A DNA stretch of 64,000 nucleotides from Penicillus capitatus (lineage: Eukaryota > Plantae > Chlorophyta). The stretch spans positions 387,949 through 451,948 of the forward strand of contig OZ287698.1 in the NCBI GenBank assembly GCA_965649825.1, written 5' to 3'. Under the pieces are notes generated by a model. The model did no database searches, was not told the origin of the DNA, and saw only the letters and a program-made list of their open reading frames with translations. Of the stretch, positions 13,278 through 24,730 are shown one piece after another. The position numbers were made by a program, and so were the translations under genes. The stretch's first letter is position 1. Every line of letters starts with the position of its first letter.

Positions 13278-14021
13278 ATGGACATCGCTCCCAGCCAGAC
13301 GATCTACGTGAACAACATCTACGAGAAAGTGTCGCAGGAGACGCTGCGCAAGAGCCTCCACGCCATGTTCTCGCAGTTCGGTCCGATTCTGGACGTCGTC
13401 ACCGGCAAGACGCTTAAGAAGCGCGGCCAGGCATTCGTCGTCTTCTCCAACGTGACGCACGCCACCAACGCCCTGCGCTCGATGCAAGGCTTTCCCTTCT
13501 TCGAGAAGCCCATCCGCATCCAGTTCGCCAAGTCCAAGTCGGACGCCGTGGCCAAACTCGACGGGACGTACAAGCAAGTCCATCCGGGAGCGCAGAACAA
13601 GGCATCGATCGCCGAGCGCGTTTCTAGGCCGAGGGAGAAGCGCCCGAAGACGGAGGAGGCGCCTCAGGAGAAGCGGCAGAAGACCGCCGCCAAGCAGCAG
13701 AGCCAGGGACAGAAACAGGCGCCCGCCCAGCAGAGCCTGCCCAACAAGATCCTCTTCGTGCAGAACCTGCCCGAGAACACCAACGAGATGATGCTGTCGA
13801 TGCTGTTCAAGCAGTTTCCAGGTGACGCGACGCTCCGCCCTCGCACTCGTCACACATCGCGCTCCGCAGGGTTCGTCGAGGTGCGCATGATCGAGAGCCG
13901 TCCCGGGATCGCGTTTGTCGAGTTCGAGAACGAGCACCTGTCCGCCGTGGCCATCCAAGGACTGCAGGGATTCAAGATCGGCCCGGAGAACTTCATGAAC
14001 ATCACCTACGCCAACAGATGA
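13278..14021 (+). CDS. U1A/U2B''-family snRNP protein, two RRMs, copy 1; one 48-nt intron at 13822-13869
   Basis: TIYVNNIYEK...FSQFGPILDVVTGKTLKKRGQAFVVF and ILFVQNLP...IAFVEF...ITYANR match the SNF/U1A/U2B'' family. Confidence 0.95.
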   Translation: MDIAPSQTIYVNNIYEKVSQETLRKSLHAMFSQFGPILDVVTGKTLKKRGQAFVVFSNVTHATNALRSMQGFPFFEKPIRIQFAKSKSDAVAKLDGTYKQVHPGAQNKASIAERVSRPREKRPKTEEAPQEKRQKTAAKQQSQGQKQAPAQQSLPNKILFVQNLPENTNEMMLSMLFKQFPGDATLRPRTRHTSRSAGFVEVRMIESRPGIAFVEFENEHLSAVAIQGLQGFKIGPENFMNITYANR

Positions 14022-14094
14022 TCTCGACGAGCCGCGCAGCGAGACGGGACGGGGAAGGATCCGCGTCGTTGTTAAACAGCATGGACGTCGGCTG

Positions 14095-14361
14095 TCAAGG
14101 ACACATGCCTCTCAGATGAATGGTCCACTCCTTCGACTTCTTGTCCAACTTCGTGTAGATCTCCAGCTCCTGCAGTCCCCGCACCGCCACCTCCATCTTC
14201 TCCTTGATCACCTTGGGATCGCTCAGGCTCTTGCTCTCCCGGAACTCGGTCTTGATGTCTTCGATGATGGCGTCGCGCTTGATGCTGGGAAACTGCCGCG
14301 CCGCCTTGAGGATGTGGCGGTAGAGCTTGGGAACGGTGAACTGCGTCACTTGCTGCTGCAT
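14095..14361 (-). CDS. LYR-motif mitochondrial protein, copy 1
   Basis: 88-aa ORF with LYRHILKAARQFP...IKTEFRE (Complex1_LYR pattern). Confidence 0.85.
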   Translation of the reverse strand: MQQQVTQFTVPKLYRHILKAARQFPSIKRDAIIEDIKTEFRESKSLSDPKVIKEKMEVAVRGLQELEIYTKLDKKSKEWTIHLRGMCP

Positions 14362-14576
14362 GGCGACGTCCTCTGCGACCGCTTCTCCGCGGAGTTCTGC
14401 TGCAGTTGACACACCTTCAGGGCCCTGACGAGGAACTGACAGCGACGCCAGTCTCGGTCGTTCTCGGCGAGGCAGTCTTCAAGACGCGTGTAAAGCGAAG
14501 CGCAGTCTCCCAACTGCAGGACGTGTGGATCTTCTGCGTCGTCGACGTTCGCTTCAGTAACCTTCGAAGGCGACAT
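14346..14576 (-). CDS. COA4: Twin CX9C protein, COA4/CHCHD8-like, copy 1
   Basis: DDAEDP...C-X9-C-X10-C-X9-C with DRDWRRCQ; 76 aa. Confidence 0.7.
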   Translation of the reverse strand: MSPSKVTEANVDDAEDPHVLQLGDCASLYTRLEDCLAENDRDWRRCQFLVRALKVCQLQQNSAEKRSQRTSPCSSK

Positions 14577-14799
14577 GAACCAACGGTACGCGCACCGTCC
14601 GTTACATAGAGCACATCCCCACAGATTCCTCTGCCGGACGCATACAACAATCACCTAGCGCTACCCACCGTCCCTTAAGTCGGTCACCGAACAATGAAGA
14701 ATGCTGCTGGCACAAATTGGTTTCGAGTCATTGGAGTTTGAAGTCATCCGTTCCTCGGCGCCCCCGCTTTATGACACCCAGAAACAAAAATTAGTTCTG

Positions 14800-16527
14800 T
14801 CAAAAAGTCGCGTCGTCTATATCGTGTCGCGCCGATCGGTCTCTCGGCGCCGAGGAACAAAGCCACGGATGCTCCAAGACCTGAAGGCAAGAACCTCGCA
14901 CTCGGAGGGTCACGAACGAAGACGTGTTACTGTCTACCTCGTCGGCAGTCAGTCGACGTTCGGGACAGGGCTCGAGCATTTTGAGAACGAGGTCTCTGGC
15001 TTCCGGCGTGAAGTCGTCCAGAATCTCCGTCTGGATTCTGTTCTCGAGAATATTGCGACGGGTCTCTCGATAGTCTGCTCCTTTGAAAGGACAGCGACCG
15101 ACCAGCATACCGTAGAGGACGCAGCCTAGAGACCAGATATCGACGGCCTGCGGCAATCACTCCCTATTCGGCAGCTGCAAAAGGAGAGCGCGGGCCTCAC
15201 CAGGGTGTAGAGCTTGTTCTCCAAAATCTCTGGCGCCATGAATTCGGCAGTCCCACAGGGATTGCTGGCAACCCATTGTTCGGCGTAGCTCGCTCGTGCC
15301 AAGTCGTAGTCAATAATCTTGCACCGTAGCCTAAACAAGAGCCTCACACCGTCGCAACCTCGTCCCCAGACGTCGATCAACAGTCGCACTTTCCATCGGG
15401 GCACTGGGCCAGCATGATGTTGGACGGTTTGATGTCTCGATGCGCAATGCGGTTCCGATGAAGGTGGCGGACTCCGTCTGCTATTTGAAAAAAGAGGTCG
15501 CGTGCAATGTCCTCCGTCAGCCCCCTCCGTTGCTCGATCATCTCGTGCAACTCGCCCCTGTTCATATACTCCATCGCTATTTGGATATCTCCGCTCTTGT
15601 CGAAGAAGCAATCCTCCAGGGCAGGAATGGAGGGGTGTGGATGCTTGGAGAGGATCTGAAGAATTCGCAGTTCGTTGTACAGCCCATGGCGACCGATCTC
15701 GTCGTATGGATCGATCCTGCTCTTGATGGCACATGGGGCTCCTGCTCATGCACTCTGTGTACTGGACACGGTCACATCGCCGAACGACCGCACCTGTTAA
15801 TCTGTTTCTGCATCTCTGAACCACGCAGGTGGCGCCCTCGCCACATTTGTAGTCCTCGAGGTAAAAATCTGTCACTCTCCTGCGGACGCGAATCGTCAGA
15901 AAGGGACACACACGTACCGTGCGGGGATCACCTCACGAGGCCGGTCACCTGGTGCAGCGCGCAGAGCCACTGACTGCACTCCGCCTCTGTCTTCGGCCTG
16001 AAGTAGAACGTCTTCTCTGCGGCAGAGAAGGTCGATTTCGGCAAGAGTGAGATACATGGGTGGGATTCACTGGGTGATTTGATGGTGAACTTGTTGACGC
16101 CGTTGACGGTGAGCTTTGCACCCTCCAGTCGTATGGTGTACAGAGCCGGTGCACCGGCATCCGCCTCCGATGCGTGGATCTCGAGGCACTGATCTTGCAG
16201 ATGGAGGTTGAGGACCCGATAGAGGCCGAAGCGTCCACACGCCACCCTAACGAGGCAGACACTTCTGCGTTGCCCGATGTCCAGGGCAGCAAACCTGCAT
16301 GGTCCGCGCGTTCTTGCGGCCGTTGCCTTCTTGTTTGTCTCGCCTCGCGTTTTCTCGCGACTGACGAGGGACAGGGGAACGGCGAGAAGCTTCTTCTTGT
16401 TCTTGGCCAGCTGAACCGAACAGGCCTGCGAAGGAGAGCCGCTTTCGCGGCGGCGACGGAAGCGTGCACGTCGACTCGCCTCTTTTGCCTCCTGCATCAT
16501 ATCTAGCTCCGGATTCGGACGACCCAT
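14800..16527 (-). CDS. PH-domain Ser/Thr protein kinase (CAMK-like) with a DYD motif; start approximate
   Basis: PH exon (KTFYFRPKTEAECSQWLCAL) splices into the kinase: GEGATCVV, CAIK, NEL, HRDIKPSN, IIDYDLAR, GTAEFMAPE, DIWSLG, RLTADE/VLEHPW. Confidence 0.85.
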
Positions 16528-17022
16528 CCTTGCGAACGCATTCGGTACAGCAAAGGAGAGATCCGGCGCTGTGGAAAGTCGAATAAAGTGTAGTGCAGAC
16601 GTCGTCACTGGGTAAGGAGTGCGAGAGTCGCCCACGAAACGGCACTCGACAGACGCGGAACGGGAAACGGACAGGTGGAGATTGAATGGCGTGGTGCTGA
16701 CGCCATAACAGTCAGAGGCACATGTCACTGACGCGACCTCGTCACTGCCGACATGTAGGGTCTCAGCGACGACGCCGTGCCGTCTGCGTCGAGCACCGCG
16801 TCCGTGGGGAGGATGTACGATGTAAACGAATCGCGTGCGGTGCGGTTCGCCGACGATGCCCTCTAAGAATGCGCCCTTCCATTTCCGGATCGGGACGTCG
16901 ATCGCCACCTCAGCGATCTTTCCATGACATGTGATGTGGCATCCGCGGCTTGCAGTTGACAGAGCAGTTGATCTCGTCGTCCTGCTGTTCTGTGAGTTCG
17001 GCCACGTGCGCTGTTTCGAGGA

Positions 17023-18083
17023 ATGTCTCGTCCCCTCGTCCTCTGCCTCTCGGCTTTCGTCGCTATCGCCGCGGCGTCTGCCTCCGTAGAAAGTGAGAAC
17101 GCTGCCACGAGAGTCCAGGCACGCAGTGTCTGTTGCCGAGTGAAGATGCAGTCGGTTACGGCGCCGGAGACGAGCAGTGGCGCGGAGAGGTGGAGTGTCT
17201 TCTGTGGGAACCGCGATTGTTCCACTTGAAGGGCTTCCTCTCCGACGACGAGTGCGACCACCTGATCCAAATCGTGAGGGCAAAGCTCCTCCAGAGCTTT
17301 ATGACGGCTGTGTCCCGTGCAGTCGAAGCACGGACTGCAGGTGTCGATGGTGGAGGATCCGGAAACGGGAGATAATGTTCCCAGCAAGTACAGGACGAGC
17401 ACCGGGAGTTTCCTGGATCGAAGTGAGGCCATCGTCGAGACTGTTTGGCGAATGCCTGGCATCTCCCTGTAGACTTTGATGACGTCGTCGGGAGGATCGA
17501 GCGAAGAGTGTCCCAGGTTAGCATGCTTCCTACGGGTAAGTCGCCGTCCAATGCAGAATCGCCGTTGCCGCGCTGCGATGCGCACATGCGTTCTAGATCA
17601 TCAGGAGGGGCTTCAGATCTTGAGGTACGAGAATGGACAGAGGTACGATGAGCACCACGACTTCTTTGAGTCCGCCAAGAACGTCAACTCCAAATTCGGA
17701 GGACAGCGAATCATCACCTTCCTTATGTACCTGTGAGTCCTTCGCCTGTGCGCTGTCGCAACTGGCGGACGGCGGTGCTGTTCAGGACGGATGTGGAAGC
17801 GGGTGGAGAGACGACGTTTCCCATCGCCGGGAAGAAGGTGGAGGGGGAAGGGTGGTCGGATTGCACACGAGGAAAATTCGCCGTCCGTCCAGTGAGCTTT
17901 CCTGCCGTCGCTGGCTGAGTTGATGGTCCGGTGCAGAAAAGGGGAGACGCCTTGATGTTCTATAACCTGCAGCCTGACCTGACTCTAGACTACAAGAGCA
18001 TGCATGGTAGCTGCCCCGTCCTCGTGGGAGAGAAGTGGTCGGCGACCGCCTGGATCCACGTCTCTCCGTTTGAAGAACCCTAA
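17023..18083 (+). CDS. P4H: Prolyl 4-hydroxylase (plant/algal type, secretory)
   Basis: Signal peptide; WEPRLFHLKGFLSDDECDHLI; EGLQILRYENGQRYDEHHDFF; GQRIITFLMYL; GGETTFP; HGSCPVLVGEKWSATAWIH. Confidence 0.95.
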
Positions 18084-18212
18084 CGAGTGTACGGCTATAT
18101 ACCCTGCCGATGATGAGACCACTCATTCGTGTGTCCTCTAGAGATCGGAATGGGGGAATCTGCGGGCGGAGATAGAGGAACTCACGACGAACAGCATCGA
18201 TGCACGATCGTG

Positions 18213-20465
18213 TTACACTGTATGGGAAGCGACACTGCCAGTGTAATCCTTCAAACGCGTAATTGTCAGCGGAACGGCGTGCAGCGTGCCGTGCGTGACT
18301 GACTGAACCCGGACCGAAACGTAATCGCCGATGTCCGGAAATGACGAGCCTGTCGTGACAAACGCGTCAGAGAGTGATCCGACATCGTGACCGACCTTTG
18401 GATTCTAGGGATGTGCGATCTGGAAGCATCTGCCTCGGAAATACGACGCGCTTGAACGTGTCCGTCCGCCCCGTCAGAAATCCTTCGTGCTTCCGCGCGG
18501 CGTCCTCTACCAGTACCTACAGAAGAATGACATTCTCGTACAGCGAACGAGGTCGGGACCAGGTGTTCTCTTCCGATCTCTTTCTGATTCTCCTCGAAGA
18601 GTCTGTCCCTGAAGACTTCGATGACCTGCACAGAGACTGCGTCAGCGTCCGGACGGAACGCTGGAGGCGTCGCCTTCTCGAGCCGCCGCTGTTTGATTTC
18701 CGAAGGCACATCGTCTGCCAGGTGTCTGTGGGCGTGCGTCTTCTCCCTTTCGGAGTATTTGAAAAGGAAGCCCTGTTCGTAGCCAACGCTTCGCATTAGG
18801 TTGACAGTGTCTTCGAATTCGGCATCCGTCTCGCCGCAGAAACCTGCGCCGCCGGTCGTCCGGAAATGGACGGCGCAGTCGAACAGGGTGTTACCCACGA
18901 TGATGTCGGTGGACAGGGCGACACTCGGGATGCCGTGCCGGATTCTCTCGATCAGTGCGTCGTAAGCTTCCCTGTCGTAACCCCGCCTCATGCGTCGCAG
19001 CACCGCAGAGTTCCCGCTCTGGGCAGGGACGTGCAACTGCTTGCACACATTGTCCCTCGACCGGACCACCTGGACACCACATCCAGTCAAGGAGAGGTTG
19101 GAGGGGACGGGGAAAACGTCGATGACGTCTTGCGAGAAGTCCTTTGGGTGTGGCGACGTGAAGCGAATGCGGATTTCGTCATCGACCGACGCCACGGCGT
19201 CCAGCAACTCGGCGAAGCTGACAGCTCCGTGCCTTCTGGGCTTGTACACGGACGTGAAGCCCGGAGCGTAGACGGCGAAGGGGTCCCTAAGGGCAGCGTT
19301 CAGATGCGGTCTGCGTGTGTGGACCGGGTTCTAGCTCGGAGGGACGTTCCGGACTGCTGCTGCGCGACCCGGTGTTGTCCGAGTAGGAATTGACATTCTG
19401 TCCCAGAAGCGTGATCTCCTTCACTCCCTGGTCCCTCAGGCGCCTGACCTCGTCGAGGATCGAGGACGCCGATCGACTTCTCTCCCTTCCTCTGCGCCAG
19501 GTAGTCGGAAGTCAGATCGCGATCCGCGCGTCGCACCTTGTGAAGGGGACGATGCAGAACGCACACATGTTGTTGCATCCCCTCATGATGGACAGGAAGG
19601 CGGACACCTTTCCAGCGCGCCTCATCGGGACGATATCGGCGTACGTCTCTTCCAGGCTGAGCGCCACGTTCACCGCTCCCGATCCTTCGCTGGATGTCTA
19701 GGAGGCACGCGTCGCGCAGGCGAATGCTGGAAGCGGTGTGAGATGTCGACCTTGATTTTCTCCAGAAGATTCGGGAGGTCTCGGTAGGCGTCTGGCCCCA
19801 CGACCAGGTCGGCCAGCTTCTCCCTGTCCAGGAGTCTGTCTTTCAGACGCTCGGCCATGCACCCCAGCACACCAATTACACTCCTGTCGACATGACTTAT
19901 GTCGACGATGCCACGAGAATGTGTTCCACCCGTTGCGGCACAGCTGTCGCAGCTGTCGGAGTCGCGCCCAGACTTTGTTCTCTGGCTTCTCTCGGATGGC
20001 GCAGGTGTTCAGGAGTATCAGATCCGCCTCCATCACCTCATCCGTTTGGCCGTAGCCGTGCGATGCCAGAATAGACAAGACGACCTGAGAGAGCGTCTAG
20101 CAGGGGGAGGAGGATCCGATCCCTCACCTCCGAGTCGTTGACGTTCATCTGGCACCCGTATGTCTCGAGGTACACTCGGTAGCTGGAACTGGAATCGTGC
20201 GGCGCTGGAGTTCCTCTCGGCGCCTGAAGAGATACAGTGCTCTGATCTTGTTGTCGTGATGGGGATCCATCCGCACCAAAGGAAGTCCGAGTTGCCGTTT
20301 CTTCAAGAAATGCGCCAGATCTGGCCCGTCGCGCGCGACACTTCTGCCCTTGACGTTCTGGGGCGTGACTTCCGCAGGAGGAGTGTGAGACGTGCTTGAA
20401 AGCGTTCTCCCGAACCACGAAATCCATCGAGTCCTGCGACAATGGCGGATCAGTGCGTCCATCAT
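18213..20465 (-). CDS. CDK5RAP1: tRNA methylthiotransferase, MiaB/CDK5RAP1 (radical SAM + TRAM)
   Basis: [15 protein letters not shown]; LLNTCAIRE; [11 protein letters not shown] (CxxxCxxC); [11 protein letters not shown]; HVPAQSG; STDIIVGFCGET; FKYSERE. Confidence 0.95.
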
Positions 20466-21551
20466 GTTGGCCTCGATCGTCGGTCGTATTACAGAACGCG
20501 TGTTGTCACGTCAACTGTCGCGGCTGTCAGTGCGACGGATGATTTAAACAAAGGGAGCGTCGATGTGAGAATGCTTTCGAAGCCGTTTCCTCTCGCGTCC
20601 AAGCACAGTGCGACTCTGTTTGGCAAACGGACCAATTGGTAAGCGGTGAAGGTCACGACCGCTCTCCTTTTAGCCCGAGGATATTCATTTTACATTTACA
20701 ACCTAGAGAGCTCAGTCGTGCATCCAACAAATAACCATCCTAGACTCTTCGTAGTACATACATGCATACTTGCGTAGTTTATTTGCGTAGAAGACGTCCA
20801 GTGCCCATAGTTGATTGATTTGTCGGCCAACCAAGGCATGCATACCATGCGTCGCACTTAAACGTGGATTGTGAGTATTTCAGAAATCGAAGAGCGTCTC
20901 GCCTTCGAGTGTTGCCGAACCTCCACGGAAACGCTCAGACGGTGTCAGTGGCCAGCTGTCTACCTTCGTGCAACTGACCAAAGAATTGTATAAATTCTGA
21001 AAACTATTGTTTGAACAGTCTTTGTTAAACGATACGCCTTCGTCGTATTCATGTCTTCATTGACAACGCGACAACGGTTAAAAGGAAAAACCGATCGCGG
21101 TGTTCGTGAGAGGAGAGGTCCACGATCCGATGAGTTCTGATTCGTACTCTTGAGACACACGGACGAAGGGTGAGTAGACCATAGGATAGGAAGAAATGTG
21201 GATAACAGCGTCGTATATCATTCGTTTGACATGTCGTCGACGATTGACGACGACACCTGGACGCCCAAACGTCCTTTAGCTTCCGAATGCCAGCAATGAT
21301 GGACGTGATGGATTGCGCAGACACGCGTTCCGTTGTTGTCAATAAAAGAAGCCCGAAAAGAAACCGAACGACTCCCCGTGTTGTATAAAAATGTCATGTC
21401 GCGCCACGAAAGAAGAAGTGTTTGCCCCGAAACGGAAGATGGACGGTGTGTATCTATCGACTGACTGATAGGCATGTCGGCAAGATGGAGAGACGGTCCA
21501 TAATGAGGACATGATGGAGCAAGCACGGAAGGGGGGGACGACTAAAGAGAC

Positions 21552-22120
21552 TGTCTGGCTGGTCAAGGGGCCATGCCGAGAAGGGGCACTCAGGGTCTTG
21601 TCAGCGGGGGTGTTGGGCTTGAAGGGGGCACGATTCTCTGGCTCGGGGCGAGGGGTGACTCACCAGCTTCGAGGGTCACATCGCACGAGCGGGTTAAGAG
21701 GGGAGGGAACGCTAGGTTGGGATCCTTTTGTTTGAAACATTTGTTCGTTGTAAACGTTCGAGTCATGAGGTTCAGTCTGGCTGACGAAGACGAGCCACGC
21801 CCGGTTACGCACGCGACAGTCCATTACCCACCGTTGTCACAGGGTTCGCCCTACCTATCAGCTCTACGGTTTTGGAGGGAGGGAGAGCGTCGGAGTGTGG
21901 ACGCGTCTGACCTATTCCAGCGGGGCGCTGACCAGGTGGTGCATAACGCCGGGCTGTACGATTCCCGACGCAGCTCCATTCACGACGAGCGGCACGAGCT
22001 CGCAGACGAGGCCGGTCCATCTACTCGACAAGGCGAGGGAGAGAGTCAGTTATCCCCTCGAGCAGGAAATCTTCCCCGCGATACCCCTCGACAAGGCTGA
22101 CAAGGCAGGCGATCTGTGCA
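21552..22120. mobile_element. Candidate solo LTR (569 bp)
   Basis: TG...CA termini flanked by the 5-bp direct repeat GAGAC (21547-51 / 22121-25). No second copy in the window. Confidence 0.45.
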
Positions 22121-22202
22121 GAGACTGATTATCTGTGCCTTGCGTCTACACCTCTCTTTCCGGCTAAGCGTTGTGCAAGCGCCATTAATAGACATTCACT
22201 AC

Positions 22203-22469
22203 TGTCACCGGTCGGCCGCACGGCGAAGACGAACTAACAGCGGAAGTCTTACAAGCGTTCGGAGCAAGGTCTAGAACGGTTCAGATCCCCCCTTATATAC
22301 CCGCGTGATGACGCGACTTCAGAGTCAGATGAGTTAGCCCCACTGTCAGGACCATAGAACAGCGTCCCTAAACGCATTTGGACATTGTCTGACAAGACAG
22401 CCAAGGCCCCTTGAGATAATGCCCTATGCACAACAAGACAGTCACATCGACAAGGAAATCTTGGTGACA
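22203..22469. mobile_element. Solo LTR, family A
   Basis: TGTCACC...GGTGACA inverted termini; TSD ACTAC; homologous to 37021-37280 and 37879-38145. Confidence 0.9.
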
Positions 22470-22819
22470 ACTACCTGTGCGGTTAAATGAACAGTCGAAT
22501 CGGTCGGATATACCGCGGTCGGTCGATTCTGGACGTAACGGGCAGGATGTCGTTCCCCGTCGAAGCTACAGCGCCGTAGATTCCGTAGCCGCGTAACGCG
22601 TTGTCATTGGCTCTTGTCGTCAGCTCGTTGTCTGATCGAGCGATCGCATTCATCAGCCGAACAATTCCGCGACCCCTTCATTGTTTTTTCGACACCAGTG
22701 ACTCCATCCGCTATATAGAAACACTCGAAGCGCATGCCGGTGATTTAACTGCTCTCTTTAGGCGTCCTCAGTGCGATTGCGACGGACAACATTCCTCCCA
22801 GTCAAACGATTTACACTTG

Positions 22820-22879
22820 GTGCAGAACCTGCCGGAGAACATAAACAAGCCGATGCTCTCGATGCTGTTCGAGCACTTT
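22820..22879 (+). pseudogene. ~60-bp diverged fragment of U1A/U2B'' RRM2
   Basis: Encodes VQNLPENINKPMLSMLFEHF versus VQNLPENTNEMMLSMLFKQF in the intact gene, with clear nucleotide similarity. Confidence 0.7.
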
Positions 22880-23159
22880 GTTTCCATTTCGGCTTCCTGT
22901 CTCACACGAAGTGAGGGACATGCGCAAGACAAAGTCTTTCGATGCAGCGTTCTGCCACGAACTGTCAATATGGGAACCCGCACCACATGCAGAGACGGAA
23001 GACACAAACGAAGACACAACAGATGCTGGAATGTGTTACTTGCTGTGCAGAACTGACCATTGGCGATGGAATAGCGCGTTGCGGCCACTCGAATATGCAG
23101 AGACGAGCACGTCGCTTCTCGTGCCGTCGGGTCAGTGTCAAGCACAACTGCCACACGTC

Positions 23160-24131
23160 ATGTTCTGCACAACTCTTAAGGTTTCTCCCGCCAGCACGCG
23201 TCTATCTCCAGATCTCTCTGCACGGAGAGGAGTCGCCGCGAGAAACAGAACGGCGAAGACGGCAGCCGTGCCGTGGAGCGAAAGGGAGAAACACGTTGAA
23301 TTCAGCAACAGCGAAGGAAACACTCTTGTCGGTGACGTTGTGGAGTCTGCCTCCTCAGACACCGTCGTCTTGTGCCATGGATTACGACGCAACAGAAACG
23401 ACAATCTCCTTCGTTCTCTGGTGGAAAGACTTGACGCAGAAGGAACATCTTCCTTACGATTCGATTTCTCTGGAATGGGCGAAAGCGGAGGACCGACAAA
23501 ACCTTTCAACCTGCGGACGGAGACGGAGGACATCCGCAGTGCAGTCGAATACCTGAGAAGCGAAGGGCGAGAGATCGTTGGATTGATCGGTAACGACAGG
23601 CTTAACATTTCTGCTGATGAAATCGTCTGCAGGTCACAGTCGAGGCGCAGCTAATGCATTGCGGTACGCTTCGCTCTACGATGACATTCCCAGAGTTATC
23701 AGCATTGCCGGCTCCATTATCTCCGGCACTCGATCTTTGCAAATGGAGCCTTCGGAAATAGAAGCTCGACTCGAGCGAGACGGTAAAATCGAAATTAGAG
23801 CAACCCGAGCAGATGGGACAGATTTAACATTTTCTTTCTCAAGAGAGGTAGACGTCAAACAAAGCGACAAAACAATGCGAGGAGTTCGATGCAGGACGTG
23901 GAGATGATAAAGGGCATCGAGATGGAGGAGGAATGCAAGAAGATCGATACAACAGAGGTGCTTTCTATCGTCGGGACGGAAGACCGCAGTTTTTCTCCTG
24001 ATGCGGCGAAGACTCTAGACCGATGCATTCGGCAACATGAGATGTTCTTTATTGAGGGCGCGGAACACTTCTTCGCGGATCCCAAGCATCTACAGATGAT
24101 GGTGGACAAATGTGTGGCGTTTTTGTCGTGA
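23160..24131 (+). CDS. Alpha/beta hydrolase (plant-type), copy 1
   Basis: VVLCHG, RFDFSGMGESGG, nucleophile elbow G-H-S-R-G across an intron, VLSIVGTED, FIEGAEH. Possible transit peptide from ATG 23160. Confidence 0.85.
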
Positions 24132-24730
24132 CATTGTGACAGTCCTCTCTCTTATTCGAATTCATGTTTCCATATTCGGGCTGTCGACTGAAGAGAAAAA
24201 GGGACTGCATAAACAATCGACGCGTTAGATAAAATGAAGAACATGTCAACATCGCATACGGACGCCAACACAGACGGTCATCTTTGCTTTTCATGCGACC
24301 GGCCGCCTCCGACAGTGTGCACTCTGTCGTCCGATTTGTTGGCGAGACCCAGAGTAATGGATGGCTGACAAGGTCGTTTGTTCTTCGGAACGGGACGGTG
24401 TTATCCGTCACGACTCGCATCGTACGGCAATCACACTGTTCGAGCACTTTGTTTCCATTTCGGCTTCCTGTCTCACACGAAGTGAGGGACATGCGCAAGA
24501 CAAAGTCTTTCGATGCAGCGTTCTGCCACGAACTGTCAATATGGGAACCCGCACCACATGCAGAGACGGAAGACACAAACGAAGACACAACAGATGCTGG
24601 AATGTGTTACTTGCTGTGCAGAACTGACCATTGGCGATGGAATAGCGCGTTGCGGCCACTCGAATATGCAGAGACGAGCACGTCGCTTCTCGTGCCGTCG
24701 GGTCAGTGTCAAGCACAACTGCCACACGTC

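Larger units (their letters stand above)
12004..14602. repeat. Arm 1 of a 2.6 kb inverted segmental duplication (partner 40539-43138)
   Basis: The reverse complement matches almost base for base, covering the ABCA NBD exon, U1A/U2B'', LYR and COA4. A few substitutions are visible (e.g. GAQNK vs GARNK; KMEVA vs KMAVA). Confidence 0.97.

Noticed and set aside
15928-17283. 451-aa ORF as a single protein
   Set aside because: Its N-terminal part is antisense to P4H and promoter DNA. Only the part from ~16527 onward is the PH exon set.
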